From positions 3,906,001 to 3,970,000 of the forward strand of contig NC_134028.1 of assembly GCF_964204645.1 (NCBI RefSeq): DNA of 64,000 bases. Direction: 5' to 3'. Within the stretch, counting starts at the first letter, position 1; each line of letters begins with the position of its first letter. The DNA comes from Tubulanus polymorphus (taxonomy: Eukaryota; Animalia; Nemertea). The position numbers and the translations under genes are program-made. The notes under the pieces were generated by a model that was given only the letters and a program-made list of their open reading frames with translations, did not search any database and was not told where the DNA came from. This document shows, piece by piece, positions 12,481 through 35,000 of the stretch.

Positions 12481-13967
12481 CATCTCGAGAGATTGAAGCA
12501 AAGAGAATTGGAAATCAGAGCAAGTTCGTTTATATTATCCCCGGTATCCGCGGCGTCGAGCGAGAATGGCGACGTAATGAAATAAAGTTATGGCAAAATC
12601 ACGCCGTCGACCCGCGCGGTGCCGGGTCCCCGCTATACGCAGCAACGTGTTTGCTAATGTAATAAAATGCGTTCATAACAAACTCCACCGTTCTCCAGCA
12701 CCTTAATAATGTTCGCACTCCGAACAAAGTTTATTCTGCTTATTGCTAGACTTTTTCCAAAAAAAAAGATACAAGTGTTGATGATAAAAAGGCAGTATCC
12801 CTCGCCTTCATGTGCGGCTGCAAATTCCACCTTCTTTCCCCGAGTGCGTCACGGGAGAATAATTGTAAACTGTTCCACGGTGGCCGAATGACCAGCAATT
12901 TGCAGATAATTCCTGGACTCAATACCGCTGTGAATAGCCAGCTAAGTGCGCGTACTGGCTTCAATTTGCTGATTTCATACGTCCAGCATTCGCCTGGCTA
13001 ATAGACCATCATCGCTCAGAGATAAATTCCATAGCGAGCCGAAACCTTGAATATAGTTAAGTCTAGGAATGTGTACAGCGCGTCGATTCACTTTTGATTT
13101 AACAAGAGTTAAAAAGACAAACGATTACTTTTGTGTCCATCAAGTCGTTTGATCAACTATCGTTTATACGCGTTTCACGTAGGGTGAAATATCCCAGCCG
13201 ATATATCATTTTTCTACATTAAATCACTTGCTCACGGTAAATCACGATCATTTCACTCCATGCTTACGTATCACACGCACTGGTGCAATGCAATATGTAC
13301 AGCAACATCGCTGCCATAAACCATGGCGTGAGTCGGTGGCAATATTCAATAAAGTCGCAGCCTATCGATCCGTGAATTACCTACCAGTTTTTCAATAAAG
13401 CTCCATCGTTTAAGCAGCCTCCTCCTGCATCTCCATCTTTCTGCCGTGATGGGAAAAAATTGCATCTCGCGAAGAGCAAGATGATCCATCAATTAGGAAT
13501 CAGATTCTCTGTGATTAGTCAACCTGAGTGGATTGTCCCTAGTGCGGATTTTTTTATCGCTAATGCAGATTCACGAAGATCTGAAGCTGATGCGGATGAA
13601 AAACAACAGTATCTAATTTTTGAAGCTCAATGTATAATTTCCCTCAGGAGCCAACGGCGCATGAGGACGTGTATATAATTTTGACAGGTAATTAATACCG
13701 CCAGAAATGATAAGGATTTAGTACCTAATGGTTCATAATAGGGATTTAGTACCCATTAGTGGTGAACATTCCTGGAGATGTCTAGATATGTATTTCTATT
13801 TGGTTGAGTTCCAGCGGAGCTTTGATAGAATTCAAGCGAAGTAATTAAATCATGATAAGTGCGCGGACAAAACTGTCCGAGACAGAGGCATATCGATAAT
13901 AACGTGTGTGTTTATCCGAATTACTACGAGTAGTTAGGAAATGTCACTTCAGGACCTCAATGAGTGA

Positions 13968-14067
13968 GGGGAGGAGGGGAGGGGAGGAATTTCTTAAGAT
14001 TTTGTTCTTAAGAAAAATATCTTAAGAAAAAAATCTTAAGAAATTCCTCCCCCTCCCCTCCTCCCCC
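13968..14067. repeat. 100-bp near-perfect foldback with G-rich/C-rich arms and four TCTTAAGA units
   Basis: GGGGAGGAGGGGAGGGGAGGAATTTCTTAAGATTTT is reverse-complementary to AAAATCTTAAGAAATTCCTCCCCCTCCCCTCCTCCCCC apart from one G/C indel. Confidence 0.9.
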
Positions 14068-16509
14068 TAATCTATGGGCAGAATTTCAGAATTTTTGAAC
14101 GCACGTTATATCTGTCGGGTTTACTCGGGATATAGGCGCAATGGAGCCTGTGCGTAACCTGGCCGTAGTATAGTGGAACAACGAACTAGTTGTTTCAACG
14201 ACCTCCGACACAACCAATTATCAGTTATTACAAACCTAGAATTTCGTCCCAAATAAGATGATTCTGATAATTTCACACTGGATTTAACGAACTATCGGTT
14301 ATAACCGATTATCGTTGTAAGGTGGTTCTAATGACAGGCCGAGCTGCGTGCGCTCACCAGCATGAGCGTCGAGGATCGTGGATGAAAGATGGTCTTCTGA
14401 AGAAATGTGTTCAACCGAACGACTACGGGAAGGCAATAAACATTGAAATCATCAAACAAGTCAAACACAAATATTAAGTAGTTTCACGCAGTATTTTTTA
14501 TTGAACTCTGGTAAAGACAATACGACAGGTCAGTTATTACACACTCTGTTAGCCAAGTTAACATTGAGAAGTAAAAAAAGTTCATCGTTACGAGAGAGAT
14601 CGAGAGATAGAAGAGATCAAAACGCATTTCATCACTTACAAACACATGCGACGCATACATTCATATGTATCTCCACTCCGGTGGCAAAGGTTGGACGTGA
14701 AATGTCTTTTCGTAGAGCTACTGGAAGCTATTTCGAGTCAGATGGTAGAGCCCAGAAATCGTGCTTTGTCTACACCCTCAGGGGTTCGACGTTGTAGAAG
14801 TTAGTGGTTGCGTAGTTATAGCTAGGATCCTCCAATCTCCAATATCTCAGCACCAGGTAATTACCTTTTTCATATGTAGTTAGAGGGATATTGGATGATC
14901 AAAGCTTTCAATACACGCGACGAGTCTCTGCTAGGTAAATCACCTAACATCACTATATTTTTAGTTAAAATGATTATTAACTATTGGTCCGAAGCGCCCA
15001 GAGACGATATACTGCTTAATACTTATTAAAGAAAACAGTTAAATTAAATCGGATTATAAATGAATTCCTTCATTTCAAATGATCTGGTCAGTGGCGCTCT
15101 GGTCAGTGAATTCTGATAAGGTTGAATTTTGCTACAATATTTTTCATGTCAGTACCTCAGCCACGGGGACTCAGTCGAATTGAAACACACACGGCTGCAG
15201 CTGCTACACACACAGCTGCAGCCGCTGCTGCTGCTGTTGCTGTACACAATTCAAACCCAGTTCGTTTCTAAAATCTAGAAGATGAATACATACGCACATG
15301 TATAACTATATATCAACTAGTAGACCTACGACAAACGTTAGCAAGTAAAATGCAGCTTAGGATCATGAAATTCACGACGTTCAAGCAAAGGTAGTTGCAA
15401 TTATTCTGATAAAGAAAAAAAGCTTGGCAGTAGAAAAATCATACAATTTCAACGAAGACAACATTCTTGCTGTGTATCATCGATGTACATCATATGATTA
15501 TGATTAGATGTTACGTAAATACACTTTAACAATGTAGAAATAAATACATTTAATACGAATATGGGAGATTAAGATGAGGACAGTTTCAAGAAAAAATCAA
15601 AATGAATCATGCTACTTAATTAACCAGTGCTTCCTAACATTACAGGTATACACTCAAGAACACCAGATCTAAGGCCACAATTTTCCGAGAAAAGCAAAAT
15701 CACTAAAAAGTAGTCTACCTTTGAAATGTAACTATCATTTTCCTAATTTTCGCAGAATTTCACTTCGATTTGAGAGGAATTTTGGTAGGAAATATATTTG
15801 ACCATCATTTACTCAGTTCTATAGTTACGGGTTTAAATAGAAGTAAAATCAATTCATTATCTATATTTACCTCTGGTATCAACTGAGAACCAAAATTATT
15901 TCCTCATAGATCATTACCATTTTTATCATGATTTTTTTTCAAACCTGCTATCATCATCAATTGTGTGGCATATGCCGAGGTAGACGGTTAAATATTTTCA
16001 AAAGCCATATTCATAATATAATATGAAAGTTTTCGACGACAGACTTTCGGCTATAAACCTGAAAGCTTTTTGTACCATAAACCACAAAACTGTTAAACGT
16101 ACAATCGTAGATTTAAAACATATTTGCATAAACGACTCCCTTTTCTGTCGATAGTTTATCATTAACAACTATTCATTATTATCATTATCATAATTATTAC
16201 TATTTCAAGGTGGCGGGTATTTTTCCACAGATTCTAGCACCGTCAGTTATCAACGAAATAAATAATTATGTCATCAAGACATGTCTTGTCCTTCCCTCTT
16301 TCACGACTGATTCATAGCGTGCTGCCATCTTCACTTAAAACTTCGCACTAATACAGTTCCACGTCGCCTTTGATAAATGCCTGAATAACGAGTCGCTCCG
16401 ACACAAATTGAAGTTTTTTGAGCTGACATTTCATTTTCAGTGAGATCTCACTTTTTCGCAAATTGGTCCGAGTTTTTTCGTGAGATGTTCACCTACGCGG
16501 TGGTTGTAG

Positions 16510-25718
<9,209 letters not shown>

Positions 25719-26428
25719 CTTGAAACGCTAATTCAATAGTAGAGACGAAATCTATCACAAACTTTCCCCGTTTGACTCGGCGTTGTAAGTGCCTGTCACG
25801 TTTGACGTTGGCAAGTTGCCACGGCACTAAAAACTACACATCATACTCATTATTGCCGCTTTTATTTATGCAAAATCATTCATGATTCTTAATTCTAATC
25901 TCCTCATATAATTCTAATCCTTCAACATGTCCAACCCACACACAGTCACCGGCATACTGAAAGTGAAATAGAGGAAACGATCAGTGATACGTCAGTCAGA
26001 TCCAATAAGATACAAATCGAAAGGAAATCGACAATCAATTTAATTTGAGAAAATCCACCTTCTTCAGAACCGCTTTAAAATCAGCAGGGCCCCGATTCAG
26101 GATAATTCGTCTTTTTGATTATCTCGGAATTCGAGCCACGAGCTCCGATATCACTCGGTTCGAACAGAACTGGAAATTTAGAGAATTTAGAATGACAGCT
26201 CGAACGAACGAAAAAAACACTTCCGGGTAGTAGGGGATATTTCTTGAGGCGCAGAGCCGGGTGAATTTGAATTGAATTGGTAAAATGCGGATATCGAACT
26301 GGGACTGGAATATGCTCACCAGGTGGTGCCACTGACGAAGTGGAGCGAGTCGGCAAAAATCATTTCTAGAACTTTTGCGGCCTACTCTTCGTTTTTCGAC
26401 GCCTAAAGCATCAATAAAACGCGAAAAC
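25719..26428. promoter_or_regulatory. Probable bidirectional promoter and 5' UTRs of SEC14L1 and PSMD12
   Basis: Divergent start codons about 710 bp apart; contains TGATACGTCA, CCAAT and an ETS-like ACTTCCGG. Confidence 0.6.
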
Positions 26429-29400
26429 ATGTCTAATAATGACGGTCGTTTGCAGAAGATGGAAGTGGATTACAGTTCAACTGTAGATACTAAGATTCCT
26501 GAGTGCGAACAAATAGCTAAAGTAAGTCCAAAAAGCAGTAAAAAAGTAAAGACTAAAACTTGACACAAAAAAACTTCTTGAGCCAAGTTGAGGATTATTG
26601 GAATCCTCTTTTGCCTTCTTGTTTGTTTTGTTTGTCGTTTGGATCTTGGTTTCCCAAGATTAACCCAACCCTTGGATTATTCATGAAAAAGGGGCATTTT
26701 TTGAAGTATTGCCCACACTCTGTGTATGTACTGGTTAGTTACTGGTAGTAGCCAGCAGCAGTACTTGCTTGCCTAGCCTGAAAGTGAATGCAACAGCAAC
26801 AAGCCTTATTGTATCCCACTGACCTATTGAGGCTGTTTTTTGTTTTCCAGCTTGGTTGGTTATAATATCCCAACATTCTCGCCTTTTTAAAAGTTTTTAA
26901 TTGGTCGGCCTGGATTTGTGGTGAATATTTTTGTAGTTTTAAACCAATTTCGTTGAATTATCAATTTTCAGGATGGCAGATTGAACGAAGCTTTGGAAAT
27001 TTTGTTATCGCTAGAAAAACAAACGAGAACAGTAAGTGATTCAGATTCGATGAATCATATAATTAGATATCTCAGGAATCCGAATGAATCGCAGCGTTAA
27101 AGATTTATTTGAATTACAGGCAGCTGATTTCCATTCGACGAGCAGAATTTTAGTGACGGTTGTGAAATTATGTTTCGAATACAAGGATTGGGATTTACTG
27201 AACGAAAATATAGTGTTACTCAGCAAGAGACGAGGTCAACTGAAACAGGTGTGTTATACAGAGGCTTAGTCGAACTCGCTTAATTCAGAGCCCAATTTTG
27301 ATAACTTATCACATACCAAATTTGATGTTCAATAAAGCAAAGCATGCACCCGCGCTGAAATGCACCAATTCTTATTTACAAGTCATTCAAAGTCCGCCCT
27401 GGATCTGCCCCTGTTATTTGGATTTTTCAGTGCAGGTATTCACTTACTTTTGCATAAAATGTATGATCCATTCAACTAGGAGTTATTAAACTATTATCTT
27501 CATAAATTCGGATTTTTCTTAATTTGGAGACATCCGGCCAGTGTCCTTAGTCATCTGAATAATGCGAGTACTACTGTAGAAAAATTCTCTTAACTTCAAT
27601 CAGTGATCAGCATAGTTCACTTAATCTCTATGATTGATCTTTTCAGGCAGTCACAAAAATGGTCCAAGAAGCTTGTACGTACGTGGATCAAACTCCGAGT
27701 AAAGAGATCAAATTGAAACTGATCGATACGCTTAGAACAGTAACTGCTGGAAAGGTATGTCACGTGTTATCTGACGGTGACAGTAAGAACGTGTTTCAGC
27801 ATACCTGACAACAACTAATATTTGAGAGTAGTTTCTGCTTTTAAGAAGCTCAACCACTTCCAAAAATGACAAAATACTCTTAAAATCGGGATAATTACTT
27901 GTTCATTTTCAATTAAATGACTGTTTTTGATGTAAAATTACTCTAATTTGTGGTGAAAACTACTAGAGTTAGTCTTGTTCGTTTCAGTAATGTCTAAGTT
28001 TTTACGTTTTCTCTTAGATTTACGTGGAAATTGAACGCGCCAGACTCACGAGAACGTTGGCTAAAATTCGTGAAGATGATAATAATATCGCGGAAGCAGC
28101 GAGCATTTTACAAGAACTGCAGGTATAGGATCACAGTTTACCTACTTTTATTTGAACGGGGTACTTTTATTTGAACAGGGTTTCCTTGAACAGGGTAGCC
28201 ACTGACCTGGAAAACTCAGGGAATTTGGATAATGCTATTGAGCACGTGTTTTCTGTTCATAACATTGAATACTGATGAAATTGGCAGAAAGTGGCGCCAC
28301 CCTCTTAAATACTGTGACTTTACTGAGCATTTTTCCAAAATGATTTATGAAACTGGATATTTCAAACGTTGCCAAATATCCTTTCTATAACGTATCGTTT
28401 TATTTCAGGTTGAAACGTTCGGTTCGATGGAGAAACGTGAAAAGGTCGAGTTTATCTTGGAGCAAATGCGATTGTGCCTCGCGAAGAAAGATTACATACG
28501 CACGCAAATCATCAGCAAGAAAATAAGCACAAAATTCTTCGATGAAGAAGGCAGTGAGGTGAATACCATTTCCTATCTTCAATGTTCGCCAATCAAAACA
28601 GTAAAAAGTCTATAGTGAACTGCGATCACTTAGGGAGTTGTTTACTTTATAGAAGTTTATTTACTGTATCGCATAGTAGCTTCACCACGCAAAGCATAAC
28701 ACCGGTAGCTGATTTACGCGATAAAGCTACTATTCCCTAGAAGCGAAAAGTCGTGATTTCTTATAAAATCAGTTAACCAACCAGTACTACGTGTATTCGA
28801 TATTTACTACATTTCGCCATCGTTTCACTTTCGACAGGATCTGAAATTGAAATTTTATCAATTGATGATTGAACTGGACGCGCACGAAGGATCTTACCTG
28901 GCCATCTGTAAACATTACCGAGCTGTATACGACACTAAAAAGATCAAAGAAGAACAGGACAAACGACAAGAGGTGATTAATTTCGGCGCGCGCGGTTATC
29001 TCCGGTTCCTGTAGAATGTTCAGAAATCATCGATTGTTTTTGATCTCTATTTTAAGGCGTTGAAATGCGTAGTTATTTACTCGATTTTATCGCCGTATGA
29101 TAACGAACAGTCAGATCTGACTCATCGCATCAGAGAAGATCGAACCCTTGAAGAACTTTCACTGTACAAGTAAGTTTTCTGGAAGAATAGAATAACTTGA
29201 TAAAAGATCTGGGAAATTCGATTACAATTGAACTCGCTTAAATCGACACCATTTTTTAGTGCTAATTTGTTTTTCAATTTCAATTTACTAAAGTGTAAGT
29301 CGTTTGAATAAGTCATCGACATGAAAGTCGTCTTAAAGAAGTGAATTAACTGTTCAGGATTCTTACAGATCAGGGTCCAGTTCCACAGTTCGGAGTTAAA

Positions 29401-30581
29401 ATTTGACCCTGAGTTAACTCATTGGAAATGAACTAATTTTAACTCAAGAGTTAACTCTTACTCACAACTGTGGAACTGGGTCCAGGGAATTACAGAATTA
29501 TTTTTCCTTACAGGGAATATCGACTCATGAAAATCAGGCAAAAGTCCTGAATGTGATAAGTAGCTTAATCGAAATAATGCAATTAATTTTTCTTCAGGGA
29601 TTTATTGGAAAAGTTTTCCACATCTGAAGTGATGCGCTGGAAAGATATTTGCATGCAGTTCGAAGCTGAATTGAAGTTTGGTTCACCGAACAGTCCGGCT
29701 ACTGGAATCTTCAATACTAGCACCGACGAAGGCAAGAAACGATGGGACGACTTAAAAATTCGAGTCGTCGAACATGTAAGCTTAATCCGTTATAGAAAAA
29801 AATATGCGAGGAATTTAAGATCAAAATTGTGAGATACTTTTGGAATCTTTTGTTTTCAGAACATTCGAGTAATGGCGAAGTACTACACTAGGATACATAT
29901 GAAACGTATGGCTGAGTTGTTGGATCTTACAGTAGCCGTAAGTGTTCTTGCTCTGTCCTCATTTGCTCCTGGAAAAAGTTGATATAGAGATCCTTCATTG
30001 AGAATGAAAAATGAAATAAAGCCCAAGTACTAGAACGATAACCACACTGAAACGTGGTGAACGGATAATAAGATAAAAACCCACTATCTACAGGTTACAA
30101 GAATTTAAAAACAAATTCTTTTAATCTGTAGATGGTGGGTTTTTATCTTAATAGCCCAAGTACTAGTTGCTCAAAAATTGGTTCGACTTACATAGTGACA
30201 ATTGAAACTTCGTTGTTATTGTCGTATTATCTTTATTCAACTTGCCCCCAAAATGTTTCCGTGAGTTGATAATTTATTCGACATTTCGACTATATCCTAA
30301 TTAACATCTTCAGCATTTTACAGCTTCTTGTTCGTGTTATATATGAAAATGCTATTTACGAAATGTTTCAGGAAGCGGAAGAATTCCTATCAAATCTCGT
30401 AGTGAACAAGACCGTGCAGGCAAAGATCAATAGATTGGACGGCATTGTGAACTTTGCTCAACCGAAAGATCCGAACGATTTATTGAATGACTGGTCGCAC
30501 AATATAAACACATTGATGAACTTAGTCAATAAAACTACACATCTGATCACTAAAGAAGAGATGATCCATAAATTACAATAA
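26429..30581 (+). CDS. PSMD12: 26S proteasome lid subunit RPN5 (PSMD12), 11 exons, about 452 aa
   Basis: Exons: 26429-26521 ([20 protein letters not shown]), 26972-27031 (LEKQTRT), 27120-27248 ([17 protein letters not shown]), 27647-27754, 28018-28122 ([11 protein letters not shown]), 28409-28558 ([24 protein letters not shown]), 28838-28972, 29057-29169, 29598-29775, 29860-29937 ([12 protein letters not shown]), 30372-30581 ([12 protein letters not shown]). Phases consistent, 1359 nt in total. Confidence 0.97.
27810..27980. repeat. Old dispersed repeat shared with about 35180-35355
   Basis: Collinear blocks GAGTAGTT...CAAAAAT...CATTTTCAATTAAA...AAATTACTCT...TGGTGAAA...GTTAGTCT in a PSMD12 intron and a TMC intron. 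Confidence 0.6.
29374..29482. mobile_element. Harbinger-like MITE nested in a CAGGG-family element
   Basis: TIRs GGTCCAGTTCCACAGTT and AACTGTGGAACTGGGTC with an exact CAG duplication. Removing it restores TTCTTACAGATCAGGGAA, as seen at 35811. Confidence 0.85.
30034..30152 (-). mobile_element. Penelope-like short insertion (inverted head plus 35-nt tail)
   Basis: Flanked by the direct repeat AGCCCAAGTACTAG (30020-30033 and 30153-30166); about 38-bp inverted arms within 30069-30150; homologous to 41146-41331 in the opposite orientation. Confidence 0.7.
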
Positions 30582-32042
30582 AACATTTCATTCTCATGAA
30601 AAATTGTTCATTTGGATTTGAATATTATACGTGTGTGGAATTCATGTACTGTTGATGCTGTAAATATGGTAAAAAGTCGACCAATTCTTATTTGGTAAAA
30701 CCAATAAAAAAATAATTATTTGTAAATAAAAATGAATATTTTGTTTTGTGTTCGTTTTGTGTAGAGGGAATTTCAGTTGATTGGTCTTGTCGAAAGAAAG
30801 CACCCAGGAAAAAACCATGGCTCTGTGCATAGAACTATTCCAGTATAGGTTTATGCTCAGTGTGATATGGTTTAAGTCACAGGTACAAAAAGACTTTATA
30901 TTTAGTACCTAGGATACTGGGGTCAAAATCCTTTTGTGTCAAGTCGCTGTGGTGCAAGTCAACTATACACCGGGAGGTGCTGCCAATATGTCGCCTAGCG
31001 TCAATGTAAATAACTATGGTTGGTCGGATTACTCATTTTACGGTGGATAAAACCTCGACAATGAATTAAACGTAAGCGAATAACCATGTATAAAGTGTTT
31101 CATATTGACAACTAACTTATTTTCATATCATTGAAATATGTACAAATGATTGACACGTACAGATCGCGATAAATGAACTGTTTTTCGTTAGATTTTTTGA
31201 ATTGGTAGTCTGTAAAACTTACGCTGGGTGTGGGAATTTCATGGGTCTAAACTGGAAAATGAGGTAACAAAATGCATTTTCTGAAATGAATCGATTAAGC
31301 AAAGTAAAGACAATTAAACTCATTTTGTTGCAATGATATCATAATGTTATTGGTATTGTTTTGATGCGAGGTATCGGCTATGATTTCAAGTGTTAAAATC
31401 GATAAGGAATAAATAAATATGCTATATTTCATTTCGTCTCGGTTCATCTCGGTAAGATACGTCATCTCGGTAATAAGGATGACCCTGGCCAGTTGTTTTA
31501 TTAGGAAGTGTATAATTTTTTGCCAATAAAGCAGCATTTATTCATGTAAGCCTATTTTGCCACTGGCTATACATGGTAAGATAAACAACAATAAAATCAT
31601 TTTATTAGGCTATAAAATTAGCCTATATTATTTAATTTTCAAAATTTAGTGACAATTGACAATCAAATAGGGCCTATGTATTTTCAGTTACAGTGTACGT
31701 ATTAATGATATCGGTTTATTGACCTTATTCATAGTTGATACCAGACTGACGTTATTATAAGTGCATATAACATTTAATTTGCGTATAGGCCTATAGGTAC
31801 CGTATTTAAGCCCGTAAGAGGATTAAAAGTCTGAAAAGATTTCCCTGTATGTCTGACTGGTTTAAGGTGACAGTGATCTAATAATAGGTCTTACTTTGAA
31901 TGACTCAGTACTGCGGGTAATTCCCCTATAAAATATGCATGGATGAACCCGAGCCTGCGATCATGCACCGGCTTAGTGAAAGTCAGAAGTGAGGAATGAT
32001 ACAAGTGCGATCTTATATTTCAGATGGTGATTTGACTATGAA

Positions 32043-35000
32043 ATGATGGCACAGCCGGGTTCATCTCGAGGACTAGTAAATGGCGATGCTACGCGCCGTG
32101 ATAGCATTATAGGTAATTTATCATTTTCTATTATTGATTCAATATTAACTTGTTTTAGATCATGTTTTACTCAGGATTGCCAACGTTTTGTGGTACCGGT
32201 ATTATTGTATTATACAAATAAAACCTGGAATCAATTGAATTTATAGATCTGTGAGGTGGTTCATAATAACAATCAAGGAAACCCATCATTAGTATACTCT
32301 AATTAATCCTGTAGGGAGCATGGAAAATGTAAAAATATTATCCTTTCCATTGATGAAAAAAGCCTCGTGAGAAAATGAATACCATTAGTGACCTGGAATT
32401 TCTTTTGTCTAGGATAGGCCTATATGAAATTTCATCAAATCTGTAGTAATAAATGCAATCAGAGTTGATTAGGCTATTTAATGAATGTTGCTGTAATGAT
32501 ATAGAGCTAATTTGCAGTAACTGTTCTTATACTGTAATGTATTGTTAGTCGTTTATTTTTGGTCCCTAGTGATTACGATTCATTGCTGAGAAGGAAGTCA
32601 GTAGGGCAATTTTTCAAAATAGTCGCGTCCAATCACGATGTCCAGCTATGGTTGCTTTTCCTGGAAACCGTTCGGCCTTGAAAAGTATCACAGCCCCTAT
32701 ATTACATTTACTGCCAACTGATGGATTGACTTTCAATTTCTTTGTCCCTTTGTCCTGCCGGGATATTTTATTACATTTACGGTGCGGGTATTTGATGAAA
32801 TTGTCATAGTAGTTTCATATATACCAGCACCAGGCGAGTCGGTCGCGTCTGTCAGAATCGACAGACAATAAATATAATTACGGTGGAATTAATAGTTTGG
32901 TTGCTGAGCCCATTATCCGTGATGTTGAATGGTTTGTTTCACTGCTCTCATCTCTCAGCGATTGATCAAGTAGATTTTGCGGAAAATACTACAATATCAT
33001 CGGATTTATAAAAGCAAACAGTTTTGAAAATCATTCGTCGCTTTAAGCAGGATATCCTGTAGTGAAATTCTAGACAATAACTCATGACCTGTTCAGTGGT
33101 TGAGTGATTCCTGATTAAGCTGCTTTGCGTAGTAGATACTTCTTCACGAAAATGTTTCATGAAAAAACGACGTTGATGATTTCAGTGAATCCTGGATTCG
33201 AAGAGATACCCGGAGATCATCACGGAGCGGAGGATATTCCAGCATCGGTAGCCGCACGACGTCGTTCTGATGCGCTGCAGGCTCCCGACGTACGAACATC
33301 GCCGAAACGACAGGTAACAAACCGTGTCAACGGCAGAAATTCATATCATGGTCTTCAAAGCTATATTTCTCCGATTGTTTTCAATTGTTAGATACACGCT
33401 GACCATATCCGTGATTCGATGCGAAGCCGGGAACTCAGGGAACCAGAGTCCGTAATCATAGGCACAAATCCATACATTCAACCACGCACATTGCCTCCTA
33501 ATCAAGTCCCTTCTGCTGACTACGATGATGAAGATGATGAAATTGAATTTACGAGGAAAATTATGGCTAAACTACCGAGCCGACAACGTAAGTAAATAAT
33601 TGACAAAGGTGTTATTTTGATTTTTCATAAGAAGTTATTTGCAACCACTAAAAACAGTTTCTAGCTCATAGATAAATCTAGGATATTAGTTAGGAAATAA
33701 CAAAATTCGTTTTGAAAAAATAATCATGATCATTCCGTGAGTGCGTAGTAAGAATGAAATGACTGACTGTGGTAGTAGCCACCCAAAACATTTCTATATT
33801 TTAATAAACTTTTTAGTAAATTTGAAATTTGAAACTAAAAACAAATTCATGCTTGATAACCAAGAAAATCAAACAAAATATATACATTCATATACACACT
33901 GGGTATCAAAGGTTTCTAAATTTGTACTCCATCCAGAACTTTAGATAAACATTCGCTCAAACCTGCATAATCATTTTGAGAAGTTATTTAATTTCCTCGC
34001 TTCTTCACAACAGATAGCGCAAAGGATACGGTGCATCGTAGTATTAGTCGATCTCGCAGACGTCAAAGCGTTTATCCAAAACGATTTATTCAACGGACTG
34101 ATCTCACTGATAGCGTCGCCGATGATCTGGCTCAGGCAGCTGAACAAGATCAACACGTGACGACAACTGAGCAAATCAGAGAAATGGGAACGTCGTTAAC
34201 GAGGAAAAAAACTTTGAAGTAATGCACTTGAAGCTAAGTCCAGGGTTCTTACAGTTCATGAAAAATCAGGGAGTTCCAGAGAAAATCTGGGAATTGTGAT
34301 TCTTCTCTTGAAAGTCAAGAGAATTTTTGGCGTACTGTTCTTCTTGTTAATGAGGGGCTCGAGGAACCTCATGATCGCATAAGAAACAGCCTCCACTGAG
34401 GATATCTCATCATTTGATAAGGGAATTTTTGGTCAAGGGTCAGGGAAATATCTGGGATATCTTGTTCTGTAATGATCCTGTCAGAGTCCCTGTGTTTTTA
34501 TGCGGTAATCAAGATATTTTTGAACGTTGCTCGATTATATTTCAGAGGACGACTCGATACGATCGAGAAGAAAAAATACAAACGTATCGGATGTTTTAAA
34601 CGATGGCAATACAGCGTTATAATGGTATGTGCGTGTCTGTTTGAAATGCGTAGAATTTTAGTGATGCTCGAGTTCTGACGTTGCTATCTTATTTTCATTC
34701 AGTGGAATAGAAAACAACGATACAAATTTGTAAAAGGACTGAAAGATTTAGAACTGTGGGTTCGTGATTTGAAAAAGATTGAAAGTCGCTTTGGAACTGG
34801 TGAGTTGGCATTTTAAATAGTGGCTTTTCGTAGATTGAATTTTGCTCCATGTTTGGTTTCATATCCTTCCCATATTTTGCAGGTGTGACGTCATATTTCC
34901 GGTTTTTACGATGGCTGTTCGTGTTGAACTTGCCGACGTTCGGTATTCTATTAGCCTTCCTCGTCGTACCGCAGTCTGTTTACCGATTTAACGTACAATC

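Noticed and set aside
14700-14900. Partial hairpin in the SEC14L 3' UTR as a possible SECIS
   Set aside because: No convincing AUGA/GA quartet with an AA loop, and no in-frame UGA within conserved coding sequence.
31939-31988. Upstream ATG (MDEPEPAIMHRLSESQ) as TMC start
   Set aside because: Joining it to the 32024 acceptor needs a 35-nt intron, and TGA at 32028-32030 lies in the TMC frame. It could still be a uORF or splice elsewhere.
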